In this document: positions 1 to 13,800 of the stretch, one piece after another
How the letters are laid out: every line of letters begins with the position of its first letter
Numbering within the stretch: position 1 is the stretch's first letter
NCBI GenBank assembly: GCA_017499595.2
Contig: CM038999.1
Location: 62,001-126,000 of the forward strand
Source of the DNA: Psilocybe cubensis
Lineage: Eukaryota
Reading direction: 5' to 3'
DNA: 64,000 bases
The notes under the pieces: generated by a model
Told to the model about the DNA's origin: nothing
The model's database searches: none
Seen by the model: the letters and a program-made list of their open reading frames with translations, nothing else
Position numbers and translations under genes: made by a program

Positions 1-2309
1 AATCAACTAGATATATTTATACACCATCCCCGTGTGTTGACATCCGACTTTACACAACAATTGTTTGCGTCCAAGCGCATCCTCATCTATCAAATTATGA
101 CGTGTGTAAATATTAAGAGTATTATATTATCGACTCAGTATCTGCTGCAAGCAAAACAAACACGTACTCTTGCAGGTCTCACGAAAGGTGGTTCGGTTGG
201 GCTGGGCACGATCCTATGATACGAGTGCCAGGCAAGATGAATTTTCAAGCGGAGATTGAACAGGCTAACGCACTTCTCGTCTCGCATTCGCGCTCAAACC
301 ATTCTCTGTGCTCGTCCGTTAATGCAGCGCACCAGCATGGTGGTTCTACAATCTTTCTTTGCTGCTGTTCGAAGATCTCGCACATGCCAAGAGACATCCA
401 ATTCAACATTGACACCGACTGCAGCATCAGTGAGTTCGCACATCCGACCCTCTCCTGTGAGCTCCAACGCGCACTTTAACACAGCCGTTTAACTTCACAC
501 TGCCTCCTCCAATCTCGCGCAGTCCACATCAACTCTAACGCGAATAGTGGTCAGCAGTCCAGGGTGAGTCAAACCCGCCGGATTCTCGTCCCCTCTTCCA
601 CCTTTTCATCCCCCTCATCACTTTTCTGTCCAATCCCGTACCACTCTCAATTACCCTCCAAACCACACTCCGTTAGACTCCTTTCCTCCCTTACAAACAC
701 AGCTCATTCCATGCCACTTCATTCACACAGTTCAACCCTTCAGAATCTCCACCCCCGACCTCTCCCCTCATCACACCACCTCCCACCCTTCCAATTAATG
801 AACCAAACCACCGTCGACCCTTTCTCGTACCAATTCCTCCGCTTGGATATATGTGAACCTATCCAAACTCGTCTCACAGTCCACAAAACAAGAGTCGTTC
901 CTCCATACATCATCCGGGCCCCGTTGACGGTCGTCAATGCACTGCGATGAGTTAATGGTCAGCTAGGGCATTTACGGATACAAATAGATGCAGGATCTGC
1001 TTATCGCCTATGCCGCATGCGGTGCATGTTTCCCTCAACACCAATTGGAAAGGGGTGGGGTGTTTGACGAACTTACGGTGCGTTGCAACGTCTATGTACA
1101 CTGTCGCCGTCTTCACATCACTCTTTAAACTTTCTGTATGTTTCAGCAGCATCCGGTATTCACCTCCACATGTCCCGTCCCGTTCACAAACCCCAGGAAT
1201 TGTCCATGGCATTCGGCTGAATTTGCGCAGCAGAGCATGCACGTCGCTCAACGATTCAAATCGTCGACCTCCGCACGTTCAACGTCAATGCACCTCTTGC
1301 ACACTCGACCGCTCGCATTCTCTCCTCTCTCACAGTCACACTTATCGCCGCTCATTCCATTTGTGAACTGGGCCACCGCGTGCTCCCCATCAGGGGGTTT
1401 CGACAAATGGGCACGACAGCATATTGTACAATATAAGTTATTGTTCATCGACGAACCTGAGAGCACGCATATACGCATGTTCAGCAGCTCGTGATGATGA
1501 GCCTGCGCGGGGTTGGGGGCGGGATTCAGTTGGTAGAGTTGCAGAGAGAAACGCGGCGCTTCGTATGGTCGAGCCTGGGCTCTTCCCGAACTTCTCCTCT
1601 GGTCGGTGTCTACCTCCTCTGTAGCCCTCAATACCACATCCTGGCTTCCACAGTGTTATCCAACACCGGCTCTACTTCACACTCCCCAGGGCATCTCTCC
1701 CTCGTCTGCTGTATCCTGAAAATGATAGAGATGAGCTCAAAATATTATGTGCGTACGGAAATTCCATCATATCTCCTGCAAAAAATACATAAATATTGAC
1801 GGAACACGTTGACGTAAATATTTACTTCTGTGACACGACCTTCATACGGTGGTATAAATAAAAAACATTAACGGCCATTATATCGATCAGCGTTCTGCGA
1901 TATCAGGATTCCTGTGCCAACTAAGTCAGTACTCAATCCATCTTTTCATACCTGACTTGGATTGTGCCTTGTTGTCATGCAAGCTATAATATTCGCATTT
2001 GCTCAACATCCCTACTCCACAGCTGCCCGTGATCATTGCCATTTCCATAGCACTGAGTTTGTGTATAAATGGGTTTTGTAAGAATGATTCTTCGGATTCT
2101 TCGTTGAGGTTCTACTGGAGCCAGACCCTCAAGCACACATAATTCCCATGTTTTATAGACCATGTATCATAGACCTGTAAAGAGACTATATATATATAAT
2201 ACAACATCAACCATGAAACCATCTGCATCCTGTTGGAACTGTTTGATCCCCGTGTGGTGGCTACGCACGAACTGGTATATATAGCACACGGGGATACTGC
2301 CATTAGGTT

Positions 2310-2962
2310 GAGGTCAGAGCGTACAATTCAGAGGCGATTCCAACACAATTCAGGTCGGGATTCATGACCGATTCTGGGATCAAAATTTGCTTCCGAAGCG
2401 CGATTCACCCCGACCACCCCCCCTGGATAAAATTTGCTTTACTCACGATTCACGTTTCCGATTCAACAGAATAGCAAAGTCGATTTCTGTAATTTTCAAC
2501 TTACATAGCATGCACAGTGATGCATAATCATTTTCATTTAAATTAAGTATTGAATATGATATATTTGCTGCTGAGACCAATATACCTCCTGTATTAACAT
2601 TTTTCCGTGGTCTGAAAGCACAAAAAGAAAGGAGGATTCTGATTAATCCAATGTTTTCAAGACATATATTAATAGCGCGAACATCCTCAAGAGGCTTTCA
2701 AATTGCTTCAGAAACTACATATTCTAGGAGGAACAAATTATTTTAAGCCTGATTTCATAGAGGCAGAATCGCAATTCTGAAGCGGCTTGAATCGTTGGAG
2801 CAGCTTCAACGATTCAGAGGCGATTCAAGCCGCTTCAACGATTCTGAGGTGATTCAGCGATTCAGATTCTGAGGCCATTCAGCGTCTTCCCACGCTTTTG
2901 ATCTCCAGAATGGCCTCTGAATCGCGTCGCTGAATCGCCGCTGAATCATCCACTCTGACCTC
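2310..2962. mobile_element. Non-autonomous TIR element (MITE-like, possibly hAT-related)
   Basis: 31-bp imperfect inverted termini: GAGGTCAGAGCGTACAATTCAGAGGCGATTC (2310-2340) vs reverse complement of 2932-2962 (26/31 identical). Many subterminal GATTC/GAATC motifs, AT-rich core, no ORF. No TSD found, so superfamily uncertain. Confidence 0.6.
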
Positions 2963-2988
2963 CTCTATTGACACCAAGACCCATTGGA

Positions 2989-3138
2989 TTACAACCTTAC
3001 GTTTAACACAACCGTAACATCGCGTGCAGAACACATCAATATGCGTGTAAAACATAGTTATAGCGCAAAAATGTGTGTCGCGCAAGGCACACGCAAAAAC
3101 GCACGCACGCGCGCAGCCACGCCGATTTCTGTATGCCC
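2989..3138. mobile_element. Solo right end of the MULE-like element also at 62136-63208
   Basis: ~150 bp visibly aligns with 63058-63208 and ends in the same terminus ...GATTTCTGTATGCCC. Confidence 0.75.
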
Positions 3139-3453
3139 TCGCAAGGTTGACAATAATAAATGGAATAGAAGAGGAGGGAATACTGGTATAAAACATGATG
3201 TCGGGAAAAGTTGAATGCTCCGGTATCCTCTCACACAAGTCCAGATGCCCGAGCTTGTCTTGGATGATATGATATCAACAGTGCGGCGATGACGCTCGAT
3301 TTTTATAGTTTGGAAACGCGATAAAATGACCAATATCATACTTATTTATCACTTTGTTAGTTTCGTGATAGCGAGGCCCCTGATGTCTGGTGGTACGGTA
3401 TAAAGTACGCAGTGAATGCCTTTATGTTTTCCATCTACACATACACTCCCTCG

Positions 3454-4592
3454 ATGCAGAACACGGAGAATTTGAACGTTGATATTGGCACTCAGTTAAA
3501 TTCAACACTGGTTCAGTGTTTTCTTTCAGGTACTTGTTATCATGCACTCTATTTCCACCTCTGCCAACCACGACGTTTAGGTGTATACATGGTCATATAC
3601 GGCGGGACGTTATATTTCTACTGTACGCATAATGCATGCATTTATTACTCTGAAATACATTTACTAACGCGTGAAGTATGTCCCAGTATCAAAAAAGCAG
3701 CAAAGCAAGGCGCATCGTGCAGTGTTAGCCGCCATCACAGCTCTCTACGCATTCTCACTCATCAATCTCGTCGTGCAATGGACAGGAAGCAACTCAACCG
3801 TCGTGTATAGCAGTGGCACACGGGTGTCTCTATCTCAAGCCTCATTAAATATCCCGCAACGGATTCGACTGATGATTGGGACTACACTCGCCGTTTCGAT
3901 TTTGATTTCGGATGTTCTGCTCGTTTGTACATTCTCTTGTGCACGGAAAGCATGGTCTCATATTAGATGTGTCGACAGATTTGGAGGTGCTACAGCATCT
4001 GGGGGAACTCCCTGAAAGTGGCCATGATCCCTTTAGTGCTTCTGGCTATCGAAATTGGTAAATATCTATAGTTGCCTGGATTAAATATGACATTAGAGCT
4101 GATAGAACCCCCCCAGTTATCGCAATCGCTAGCACAGTAATTGTCTGTTTACACCCAAAGATAACAGATGCACCCGCCGATTCCAAAATCGACTACGTCG
4201 CAGCCACCGGGCTCCTGTTCTCACTATGCACCAACCTCTACACAACCTCTCTAATCGGGTACAGAATCTACACCACCACACGAGACATATCCATATCCCA
4301 CAACCGCGGGCGGTACATGCGCATCTTCTTCGTGCTCGTCGAGACGTCCGCCATGTACATCTTCGTTCTCGTCGTCGTCGCCATCTGCCAGTTTGTGCCC
4401 CAGGTAAGCGAGCAGACGTACCCGTTGGTCGGGTTGAATGCCTATGCGACTGTGGCTCAGAGTATCCTGGTTTGTTTTCTTATCATTATAACATCATGAG
4501 GGAAATACTGAACAAAGATGTCACTTCAGGGCCTGATTCCAACCGCTATGGTTCTACGTCTGGTGCTTACGGGAATATGTACTGCCTCTTGA
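3454..4592 (+). CDS. 7-transmembrane (GPCR-like) membrane protein, ~282 aa, 6 exons
   Basis: Exons 3454-3529, 3581-3622, 3687-3922, 3979-4057, 4117-4469, 4530-4592, with GT-AG introns and consistent phases (849 nt). Seven hydrophobic segments; motifs SDVLLIWRCYSIW, TNLYTTSLIGYRI, VETSAMY, GLIPTAMVLR typical of the expanded Agaricomycete 7TM family. C-terminus short and less certain. Confidence 0.85.
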
Positions 4593-5294
4593 TGTCAGTC
4601 GATACATAATACGCCTGTATTCGCACGTAAGCCGTAAAACACAAAATCCATTTTCTGCCCGCCCCCTGTACCGAGGCGTGAGAATTGTATCACATGATAT
4701 GTGGGACTTCACCGAATGCCGTCGGTATCCCTATATTGGGACCATTATCCGTCTACCCGAAAAACCCATAGATCTCTGTACCCTAGCCTTGACTCTCAAA
4801 ACCTTTATTTGGTTTTATATCTGCTTTGGAAACAGTATCTCTTCGACGATCCTCCATTCCATTCCGTCACCCGAAGAAGTACCCTTTTACCACTCATAGC
4901 CCCCTTGCGCTTCTGTGTCGACACGTAAAGTAAGATACAAAAGCAGTTCACTCGATACACTACTTGGAGCATCATTAGAAGGGCTATATGTGTTATGGAA
5001 ATATCCCTAAAGTTACGTGTATCTGAATCAGATGAGCGTTTTGCGCTTCATATATCAAGACATTTACATGATCCTGAAAAGACCCAGATCATTGACGGAT
5101 AGACCGTTAAATGCTCTCCAAGCTTATCCGGCCGCTAAACAAAATCTAGCAACTCTACCAACCACTCATATCCGTACAAATTACCTCATCCAAACCGTGC
5201 GCGCTTATAATAGTGCTTACGTCAAACTCCTAAAGCCTGAAGCTGAAGTCGTACGTCTATACATCCGATACCGTTCTCTCTCGCTTACTTCTTC

Positions 5295-5471
5295 CTCGTC
5301 TCGTCTCGTCTTGCTGCTCGTCTTTCTCGTCTCGTCTCGTCTCGTCTCGTTCAACCCCATGCCGTCTCGTCCCGCGCCTTCCACCCCGTCTCGCGCCTCC
5401 ATCTCGCCTCGCCTCATTTACTAAATTCATCGAGGTTTGATCCTGAGACATTACAGGACTCTCGTCTCGTC
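5295..5471. repeat. (CTCGT)n pentanucleotide microsatellite, interrupted
   Basis: Runs of CTCGT at 5295-5350 and ~5460-5471, downstream of the G-alpha stop. Confidence 0.85.
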
Positions 5472-5849
5472 TAGTTAGACTAGTGGCGACAAATTGACCT
5501 GAACGTGTTGGTTAGCACATCCACTGTCGAGAGTCGAGAGTCGACCACCTATCCTGATCGTCTTGCCGTGCTTGCGTAGAACACTGGGAACGGCATCCTA
5601 AACACAATTGGATAGAATTGGATAGATAGATAGAATCGGTTAGGATTGATAGATAAAATAAAATAGCGATGAAACAGACCAAAACAAACGTCACTAACTA
5701 ACTAACTATGCAAGTATATACACAAAAACGGAGTAAGAAAAATTTAACAACTCGATAAACGTGTAGATCGACCAACCGACTCGCGCATATATGTACAGTA
5801 TACATCTACGCACTCAACGCTCTATGCGTCGCACCAGTGTGCTGGGGGA

Positions 5850-8266
5850 TCACGACAACTATCCAACAAAAATCAGCACGAGAAAGGGGAAAGAAAGGGG
5901 GAAGGGACGTACGAAATCGGCGTTTTTGAGGTAGTCCCTCAATATACTGTCTTTGACTGTAAACCGCACGTCAGCTCAGTAAAATAGGGTGGAGGAGAGT
6001 GGTGCTTACCAGCTTTTATAGTCGTCGCTGTAGCTTTTGTGTCCTGTAAATTAATCCATCAGGGATGAGAGAGAGAAGGGGGGAGAGAGAGGGAGGGAAG
6101 GACGTACGACGACGGAGGTAGCGTAAAAGTAGCTCGCGCGCTGTGTCGGCGAGTGTTCCTTCAACTGCTCTTTAAACTTTTCTCTCAAATCTACCAACAC
6201 CATCAGCAATCAAAAATCCAAAAACGGCTCCAACGCACATTTCACAACAGTATTCACATCATTCGCACGTTCACCATAACTAGGCAGATACTTGCGCACC
6301 TGCACACCCGCTTTCAGCTTCCTCTTGAGGAGATCGCATTTGTTCAGGAAGAGGATCATGGTCGTGCTGGCGAGGAGCTTGGAGGAGCAGACGGTGCGCC
6401 AGAGGAGGAAGGAGTCTTCGAGGCGGTTGACGCGTGCGTCTTCGGTCAGACGCTCGTCGAAGCATGATACGGGCGCCACTGGGGTGAGTCAGGGGGATTA
6501 ACGAATGGGAAGGGAGGGGAGGAGAGGGACGCACGGAATATGATAGCTTGGACATTATCAAAGTACGGCAACCACGCATGTCGCTGTGACTATGTGAGCC
6601 AGGGTCGAAACAAGTCGGGAGAGGGGGACATACCACAGTCCGCGAGCCGCCTACGTCGTACAAGATCCACTCTTTGCCTGCGTCGCCGCCGATACCTCCC
6701 GCAAAGATGCTAGTCGGGCCGTCGTCCAGTCTGATGCGGTACTCTTGCACATCGAGCGTGCGGAGTCGGGCGCGGACGACGTCATCGTCTGACGGCGAGT
6801 AATCGCGCTGGGCGATGCGGTCCAGGTCGTCCAGGAAACTGCTCGTCCATCAGCACACACACACTGTAGAGAGAAAGAGCGGACGTACAAGCCAGCTGTA
6901 TCTTCGATCCGTATCCTCCGCTTTTTGAGGACGGCACGTACCACATCGTCCGTCCACAGCGCCTTCATATCCTCCAGACAACTCGCCAGAATCTCCGTCG
7001 CATCATCCACCATCTCTCCTTCCCCCTCCCCATCCTCACCAACGGGCGTCGCACGCCCACTCCCCACCCTCGCCTGCCTCCTCACACTCTGCGCCGATCC
7101 TTTCCTCACCAGGCGCTGCCCGCGCTGCAACGCCTCCTGCAACCGCGTCACTCCAAACTCGCGTTGCGCTGACGCAGCACCGAGCGGCCGCGCCAGACCC
7201 TGCGGTTCCGTTTCGAGACTTAACGGGCCGAGACTCGCTCCGCCCAGCACATTCGTCGCTGCGCTATCACCCGTCGCAGCAGCAGCAGCAGGCGCTGGCG
7301 ATGACAAGGGCAAGCCCATATCCTCATCCGACCCCGCGCCAAGCCGCCTCTTCAGATCCGTCTCCACACGGCGTAACGGCCCAAGCCGCATCTTCAGCAC
7401 CTGGTGTTTACCCGTCAACAGCGTCGACAACTGTTTACTCCCTTCCCTCCCCGTGCCTCCTCCCACCACTCCACTCCCACTTGCCTCTCCCCCTCCACCT
7501 GCACTGCTACTCCCCCCAGGACTGACAGGGTGCTGCAGATCGCCCTCGCCCTCGGGCTCCCCGTCCATCTCAGCTTGCAGCGCCTCCACAATCGTAATGA
7601 TCGAGCGGATCACGTTGAGCTGGATCACAGCGCGCCACGACGCGCGCTCGGCGTCCCAGTCTGCGCGTGCGTATTTCATTCGAAAGTCTGTGTCGCGTGG
7701 GTGGGTGGGAGTATCGGGTGGGTAGGTAGGTGGGTTGGGTTGGGTGTAATACAATAAGTTGGTGGGTTGGGAAGGGAGGAGAGAGGAAAGGGAAAGAAGT
7801 CAGTATAAGCCCACACGGTAAGATAATACAACGCACTTTTCAACGTCGTCGATTTGCCTAACCATCACAACCACACCAACGACCACATCCATATCACGAG
7901 CGCACATCGAATCCCAATCCCAATCGCACATCATATCCCAAAAAAATCCCAAAAAAAAACGTCAGCTCCCTCCCCCCAAAACCCCCAACCCAAAACCCAA
8001 AACCCAAAAAAAAACTCACCACTCTCACTCTGCCCCAACAAAAGCACCCTCACAACCCCCCTCTCCCTCCGTCTCCTCTCCATTCTCTCAACCTTCAACT
8101 CCTCATCAATCATCTCACTCACTCTCCGCGCAGCAGCCTCTGCTTCCAGGCGGGTGCTTCTTTCCGAGGGAGTTTCGTTGGGTGGGGGGAGGAGGAGGGT
8201 TGATAGGGGGTCGTCGTATTGCGAGGTGGTGGTGGTGGAGGTGGTGGAGGATGTTGGGAGACCCAT
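5850..8266 (-). CDS. Heterotrimeric G-protein alpha subunit, atypical, ~576 aa, 10 exons
   Basis: Exons 8266-8020, 7857-7837, 7687-6889, 6838-6634, 6583-6535, 6478-6239, 6190-6108, 6043-6010, 5956-5913, 5858-5850; all GT-AG and phase-consistent (1731 nt). Motifs: VLLLGQSESGKSTTLK (G1), RARLRT (G2), YDVGGSR (G3), LFLNKCD (G4), ATSVVDT (G5). Confidence 0.93.
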
Positions 8267-8948
8267 TTTTTTGAGGGTTGGGTGGGTTTTGGGGGGTGGG
8301 TTGGGTGGAAAGCGTTGGTGTTTTGTTTGGTGTAGATCTATAAGCAGAAACGTCAGCTACGTTCAAATCCAGCTATGATACGATGGGGGTGAGGGGTGAA
8401 TGGAACAGTGCAATGTCAAATGAGTGCACGAACGAACACAAAACCGAATGAACACAAAACAAGAAAAAAAAAAATAAAGATTGAAAGATTGAGAGATTGA
8501 ATCCAATAAAGATACGTGAAAGGTAAAGGAAAAGGAAAAAGTGAGCGTAACAGTGGAAAGGTATAACCGACCGACCAACCGAGGCTCGAGCAAACTCAAC
8601 CTAACTCTACCAACCAACCAACCTAACTCAACCAACTCAACCCAACCAACGGCTAGCGGCCAACGATGTACGATGAACGATGAACGACGCAGACCGAAGA
8701 CCACTACCGATACACGACTGATGTTGTATGATGCGTCCTCCATACATCCCCGCACATCTGCATGCTGACCCGCTTCGAAAATGACACGTTCTTCCGACGT
8801 CGAAGGGACTAGAGAAGGTCAGTGATCCGTCAAGTTGATGTTGATGACATACTCACCAACGTTGCGAGCATTGAACAAGGTCTACTGACAACAATGCAAC
8901 GCCACGTACTTACCACACCCCAACCTCAATGCCCCTAGCAGACAAGAC

Positions 8949-9353
8949 GGGTCGCGGGAACGCGATACATAGCGTCATAGCTACAAAATCAAGGTCAGAC
9001 CATATTCAAAACCCTACAACAAAATGTGCTTACCAGCGTAGCTTCAAGGTCTAATGAATCCACAGGGTGGGTCGCGGGAAAGCGATATATGGCGTCGGAG
9101 CATCCTGCGCTACAGAAACAAGGTCAGACAACACAAAGAACACTTTGACAATATGCACTTACCATAGCTTCCACATGTGTGGGGTCGGTTGCAGGAATTC
9201 GATACATGGCGTCGGAGCATCTGGGGTTGCAGAAACAAGGTCAGTGCGTACTCAAAACCCTCCAACATGTACATACCCTTCCCTAGCACTCGATACATAG
9301 CTTCCAACGGGGGGGCGGTCGCGGGAAATCGACATATGGTGTCGAAGCATCTA
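8949..9353 (-). repeat. Four degenerate ~120-bp tandem units resembling repeated exon+intron modules
   Basis: Core GGTCGCGGGAA..CGATA.ATGGCGTC..AGCATC near 8949, 9069, 9182, 9315. On the minus strand each has a GTAAG/GTATG donor, CTGAC/CTAAT branch-like site and YAG acceptor. Confidence 0.7.
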
Positions 9354-10252
9354 AATCAAATTAGAACACCTCCAAAGCTGTGATAGAAAATATACTTACC
9401 AAGACGTTGCTCAATGCGACCCCTAGCTGTCGATTCGTAGCTTCCAATCTCAAAGTGAACCCTGCGATGGATTATGAGACCGTGAAAACCCAATGAAAAG
9501 AAATAAAACGTACTGATGGTGATGGTTACAAGTCAAGGTGTGACGCGAGCCGAGAGGCCGTGTTTGGCATGACCAAACAACGGCTACGGGTGAAGCACAA
9601 CGAGATAGAATGCCATGCCCACAGGATTGGGGCATAATGAGCGGCTGCAGTGAACGAAATCCGAATCCCTCTTTATACTCATTTTCACCAGGGTCGCTTT
9701 CATTATCACCTCAGACCACTTTCCCTAGCTTCAACAAATCGCCTAGTCCACACTTCGTTTCTGCAGCTTACGAGGTAGAATTTTTTTTTTATTCAAATGC
9801 CATAATTCTTTTCTTAGGAGACCTCACCATTTGCAAACCCGATCGATTTAGTTGTAAGAGTTTACAACAACAATTGGATTTTGGCTGGTTTTCAAAAAGC
9901 CATGAAACACACCAATTCGTCAATGAGTTCCCATAGAAGGGTGGAGACTGTATATAGGAATCTTCCATCGCCGTAGACACACATATCATGACATAAGGTG
10001 TTGATTGCTGCACATAAGGGTTTGCGATATGTTGCATTAGTACAAGTGTCCATGTGAATCAAATTAATACATTACTACAAATACAGATATCAACGAAACG
10101 TCATCTGGCACACAGTAAGTATTATCTACACTGAGATGCAGATATAAAATAATTACCCTCTCCTCGCGAAGGGCTGACATGCCGCAGAGAGCAGGAGCCA
10201 GCGACCCACACCGCAAATGAAACCCGCACGTCGCCCGCTGCACGCACACAAA

Positions 10253-10800
10253 GAGGAGGGGGTGTAGATAAGTGCTGACGCAGCTCGTTTCTCGTCGACT
10301 GCAGGCTTCCCGTCGTCAGAGTCTGCGCGCCTGATGAATGAAACGGCGCTGACTCACCATGTTTGTTAACAGCAGGCCACCCGTCAACCACTGCACACAC
10401 AAAGGAAGACGTTCTAAGAGTAGAACGGTCATGACGCACCTTGATCATCAACTGTAGACCACCCGTCTCCGCTGCACACACGCACACATACAGAGAGAGG
10501 AGGGATTGTAGGTAAGAGGCCACACACCCGATGAGTTGAACGGTGCTCAGGCTGACGCACCGTGGGTGTTACCAGCAGCTCACCAGTCGCGCAGGCTGCA
10601 CACATAGAGGAGGGCGTAGGTAAGAGGCCACACACCCGATGAGTTGAACGGTGCTGACGGACCATGGGTGTCACCAGCAGCTCACCTGTCTCGCGGGCGG
10701 CACAGATAGAGGAGGGTGTGAAGGTAAGAGGCGGCGCCCCTGATGAATGAAACAGCGCTGACGCACCATGTCTATCAACCGCATGTCCCGTGCTCTTGCA
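10253..10800. repeat. Degenerate ~110-bp tandem repeat
   Basis: GAGGAGGG..GTAGGTAAGAGGCCACACACCCGATGAGTTGAACGGTGCT...ACCAGCAGCTCACC near 10495 and 10607, partial near 10707. CTGATGAATGAAAC.GCGCTGAC at 10331 and 10740. Confidence 0.7.
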
Positions 10801-13800
10801 GCAACTTTTTCCTTCGAATCGTCCTTTTCACAGTGGCTGGGGAGGAGATATCGTTGGATGCCGGAAGACAACGAGTGGCGCGTTGTTTGACCTTGCTCGT
10901 CGTCAACTCGGGTCTCATCCATCGTCGCCGATAACTCGAATTTTAACTAGAATTTAGTGGCATCCGAGTCCGAAAACGGCTCAATAATTCTCAGTCAACT
11001 TGACGGGTGCAGGGAGGTAAGTTTGGGGATTTGAATGACGGAATGGAAGGAATGAACACGATCCTGTTGAAGCGGTCAGTGTTTCTCGTTCAACTTTCTA
11101 TCTTGTCGGCATTGTCTCCTTGATGCTTCCAGATAGCAACTACTCCTCGAAACCGATTATCTCAGCGTACAATCTGTGGGAGACGGGACCTCTCTATCAG
11201 GGTTGGTACCACCTCAGACAAGCGGCAGATGGATCATGGAGCTGTGTGAGCCTAGCTGTAGTGCTTTCACGAAGAAAGAGTAAGTAATTGACACATGCAT
11301 GCATATCCTCTTCTGTTCCCTCCGATATTCATGTCTCCCGACTTCATCGTTCGACTCTGCACACCTTCCCTCTTTGTGATCCCACTTTTTCTTGCTCTGT
11401 CAATCTCCCCCGTTCATCCAATTCCCACATAATTCACAAAGGTACCCATCATCGCATCCATCCCCCCGCACTCTCCCAAATCCAGATATGCAAATGTTAA
11501 ACCTCAACTATTTCATCTAGACAAGTGATGGAATGGACATTCCACTGCGACTCCTCGTGAAGGTTTCGTTGCGGCGCAGATCAGATTCACCATCCCTTAC
11601 TCCCTGTTCAAGCGATACACATATCACGATTATTTCAAGTCCGACGAGATCAGGTAGGCGTTTGTGTGCTCTCTGCCGAGGTCGCGGTATCTCCCGCTGC
11701 TTAGAAGCGCTTTTAATCTGTATTCATGTGTGTTGAAGCGCAGGTATCAATATGTACTTGTTACAATACTCGCCGCCTTGACAATTTGCGTTTTAAATTG
11801 TGCTCACTCTGTGCTATCACTTAGAACGAAAAATCTGGTTGCATGTCTCCTGTATCGCTCTCGAGGCAATGTCTCAACTATCTTGAGTCCAACTAAACAA
11901 ACTGATTCCGGGCACGATATCGAGCGCTTGGATATCACAATCAAGATCTACACTCTGCAAGCGGTCCTGCCTGAAAGCTATTCTGATACACGTGCCGCCT
12001 TGCGATGTTTCCATCCCTTCAGCTCAATCTCGCTCTTATATTACAGTGTATTCTCGGATATGTCACATATCAGAGGGCCCTCTGCAGTGATATCAATTCA
12101 AACTCGACGAGACACACGGAGACTTGGCCCATCTCCCTCTCGTAATGCCTCTCCCAGGCGCAAACCCTGCACAAAAAACGAATTTCATTATTCGTGCTCC
12201 CCCAAAGCGATCCGAGAAAGTCAACGTAACACGTGTATATGGGTACGTGCTTTGTTTGTTGACTGCATCTCCTCATCCCCTCTCCGCTGTCCCCTCCTCT
12301 CCCCTCCTGTCCTCTGCACTGCTACAGCGCAACAGCATCCCAAGTCGTCGCTTTCCACCCTCAATTTGATGTCGCGGATCAGCTCCTTGTATGGTACGCA
12401 GTGGACTGCATGACGGATGGGTGAGTCGGGCAGGGTTGCATTTGACAGTGCGCTGACGGTGTGTTTTACAGATTCGGACGCGTCGGTGAGTCTTACACGG
12501 TCTTTTCTCGACGTTGACGCTGATCTGAACATGCCAGCGCCGCCTACATGATGCCAGCTGTACACGGTGAGTGGTGTCAACAGCTCAAGGAAACACTGAC
12601 TGCACATCTTGACAGAGTCCCTCCCCGCTCTCTATGCTATCCCATGTGCATGTGTGCGTTCTTTTCATCCTCGTGCATGATTGATTTAACGCCGGGATTG
12701 GTAGGTGTGTGTTGTCTACGCCAACGGTGCGAGATGGAGGCCGGGTTGGTGTTATTTTGTCATCAGAATGCCGGGTGGCAGAATAGTTAGTCTTATTCCA
12801 GTCGGTTTACGCCCAACTTCTTGTAACAACTCCCTCATCTCACACTTATTTCACTTTCCCAAGGTTCATGCACTCGTCTCATAGGACCTCAGATTCCAAT
12901 AATCTCCTGCAAGACAGTTCGACTACAATACTCAGGCTTGTACAATCTTCAAGTACTCATTGATGGATTCGTGTAGAGTGAGAAACATACCTGCTCCGAT
13001 GTCGAGTTCTAATTTCTTGTCCGGCGGTGGACTGCAACAAGGTGCGCTGATCTCCCTGTCCTCTGCATCTTATCCTTCTCAGCTTAATCAAATGCAACCC
13101 CACTACCTACCCGCCCCTCTACGAGTTCCGCAGCCGTGGATTCGACTTGAGACACAAGGGAACAAAGCGACAACAGAGGAGGATATTGTGACGAGGTCAC
13201 CACAATGAAGGGAGGAGCTGAATAAAGACTTCCACCATTGCAAGGGAAAAGAGCGCAAATTAACGAATCCAACATTGAATTTGACATAGAGTAACTCCAA
13301 ACACATTGACAGCCTCCCAACATCTCCAAACCTCACACAACAACGACTCATTTTCATAAACCTTCCAAAGTTCGCAACCCTCTTTTACTTGTTTTCACCC
13401 GTTCACTGGATTTACTGATCATCTCAGTGCTGTGCACAGAGTTATATCGGGCCTGTCCATCAAGCACCACTTGGCTCAGACCACCACCATGTACACGTTG
13501 ATTGAAAAGTGACTCAATTCCGGACGGTGAAAGACAGAAATGTGAAAGCTTCAGTGGGATAACCAAAGAGATATTTGTGGTTGGAGCATGTATACAAGTT
13601 CTCCTCGCAGGTTCCGTACTGATTTCCGAGATCGCTGGTCCAAATTACCGCACGACGGCCGACATAGTGGCTAGCCAACTAAAAAGCAGGGTGGCAGAGG
13701 GTGTGGTCAAGAAAAAGAAACCAATAATGATCGTGATGATGTGTGGACGCTTCTATTTCCACCTCCTTCCTTGGTGTTTGGATGGGTGTGTGGGTCGGTA

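Noticed and set aside
245-1640. Cys-containing minus-strand ORF fragments
   Set aside because: Possibly a decayed gene, but broken by stops and shifts, with no family I can recognise.
6925-7725. 266-aa plus-strand ORF
   Set aside because: Antisense shadow of GC-rich G-alpha exon 3.
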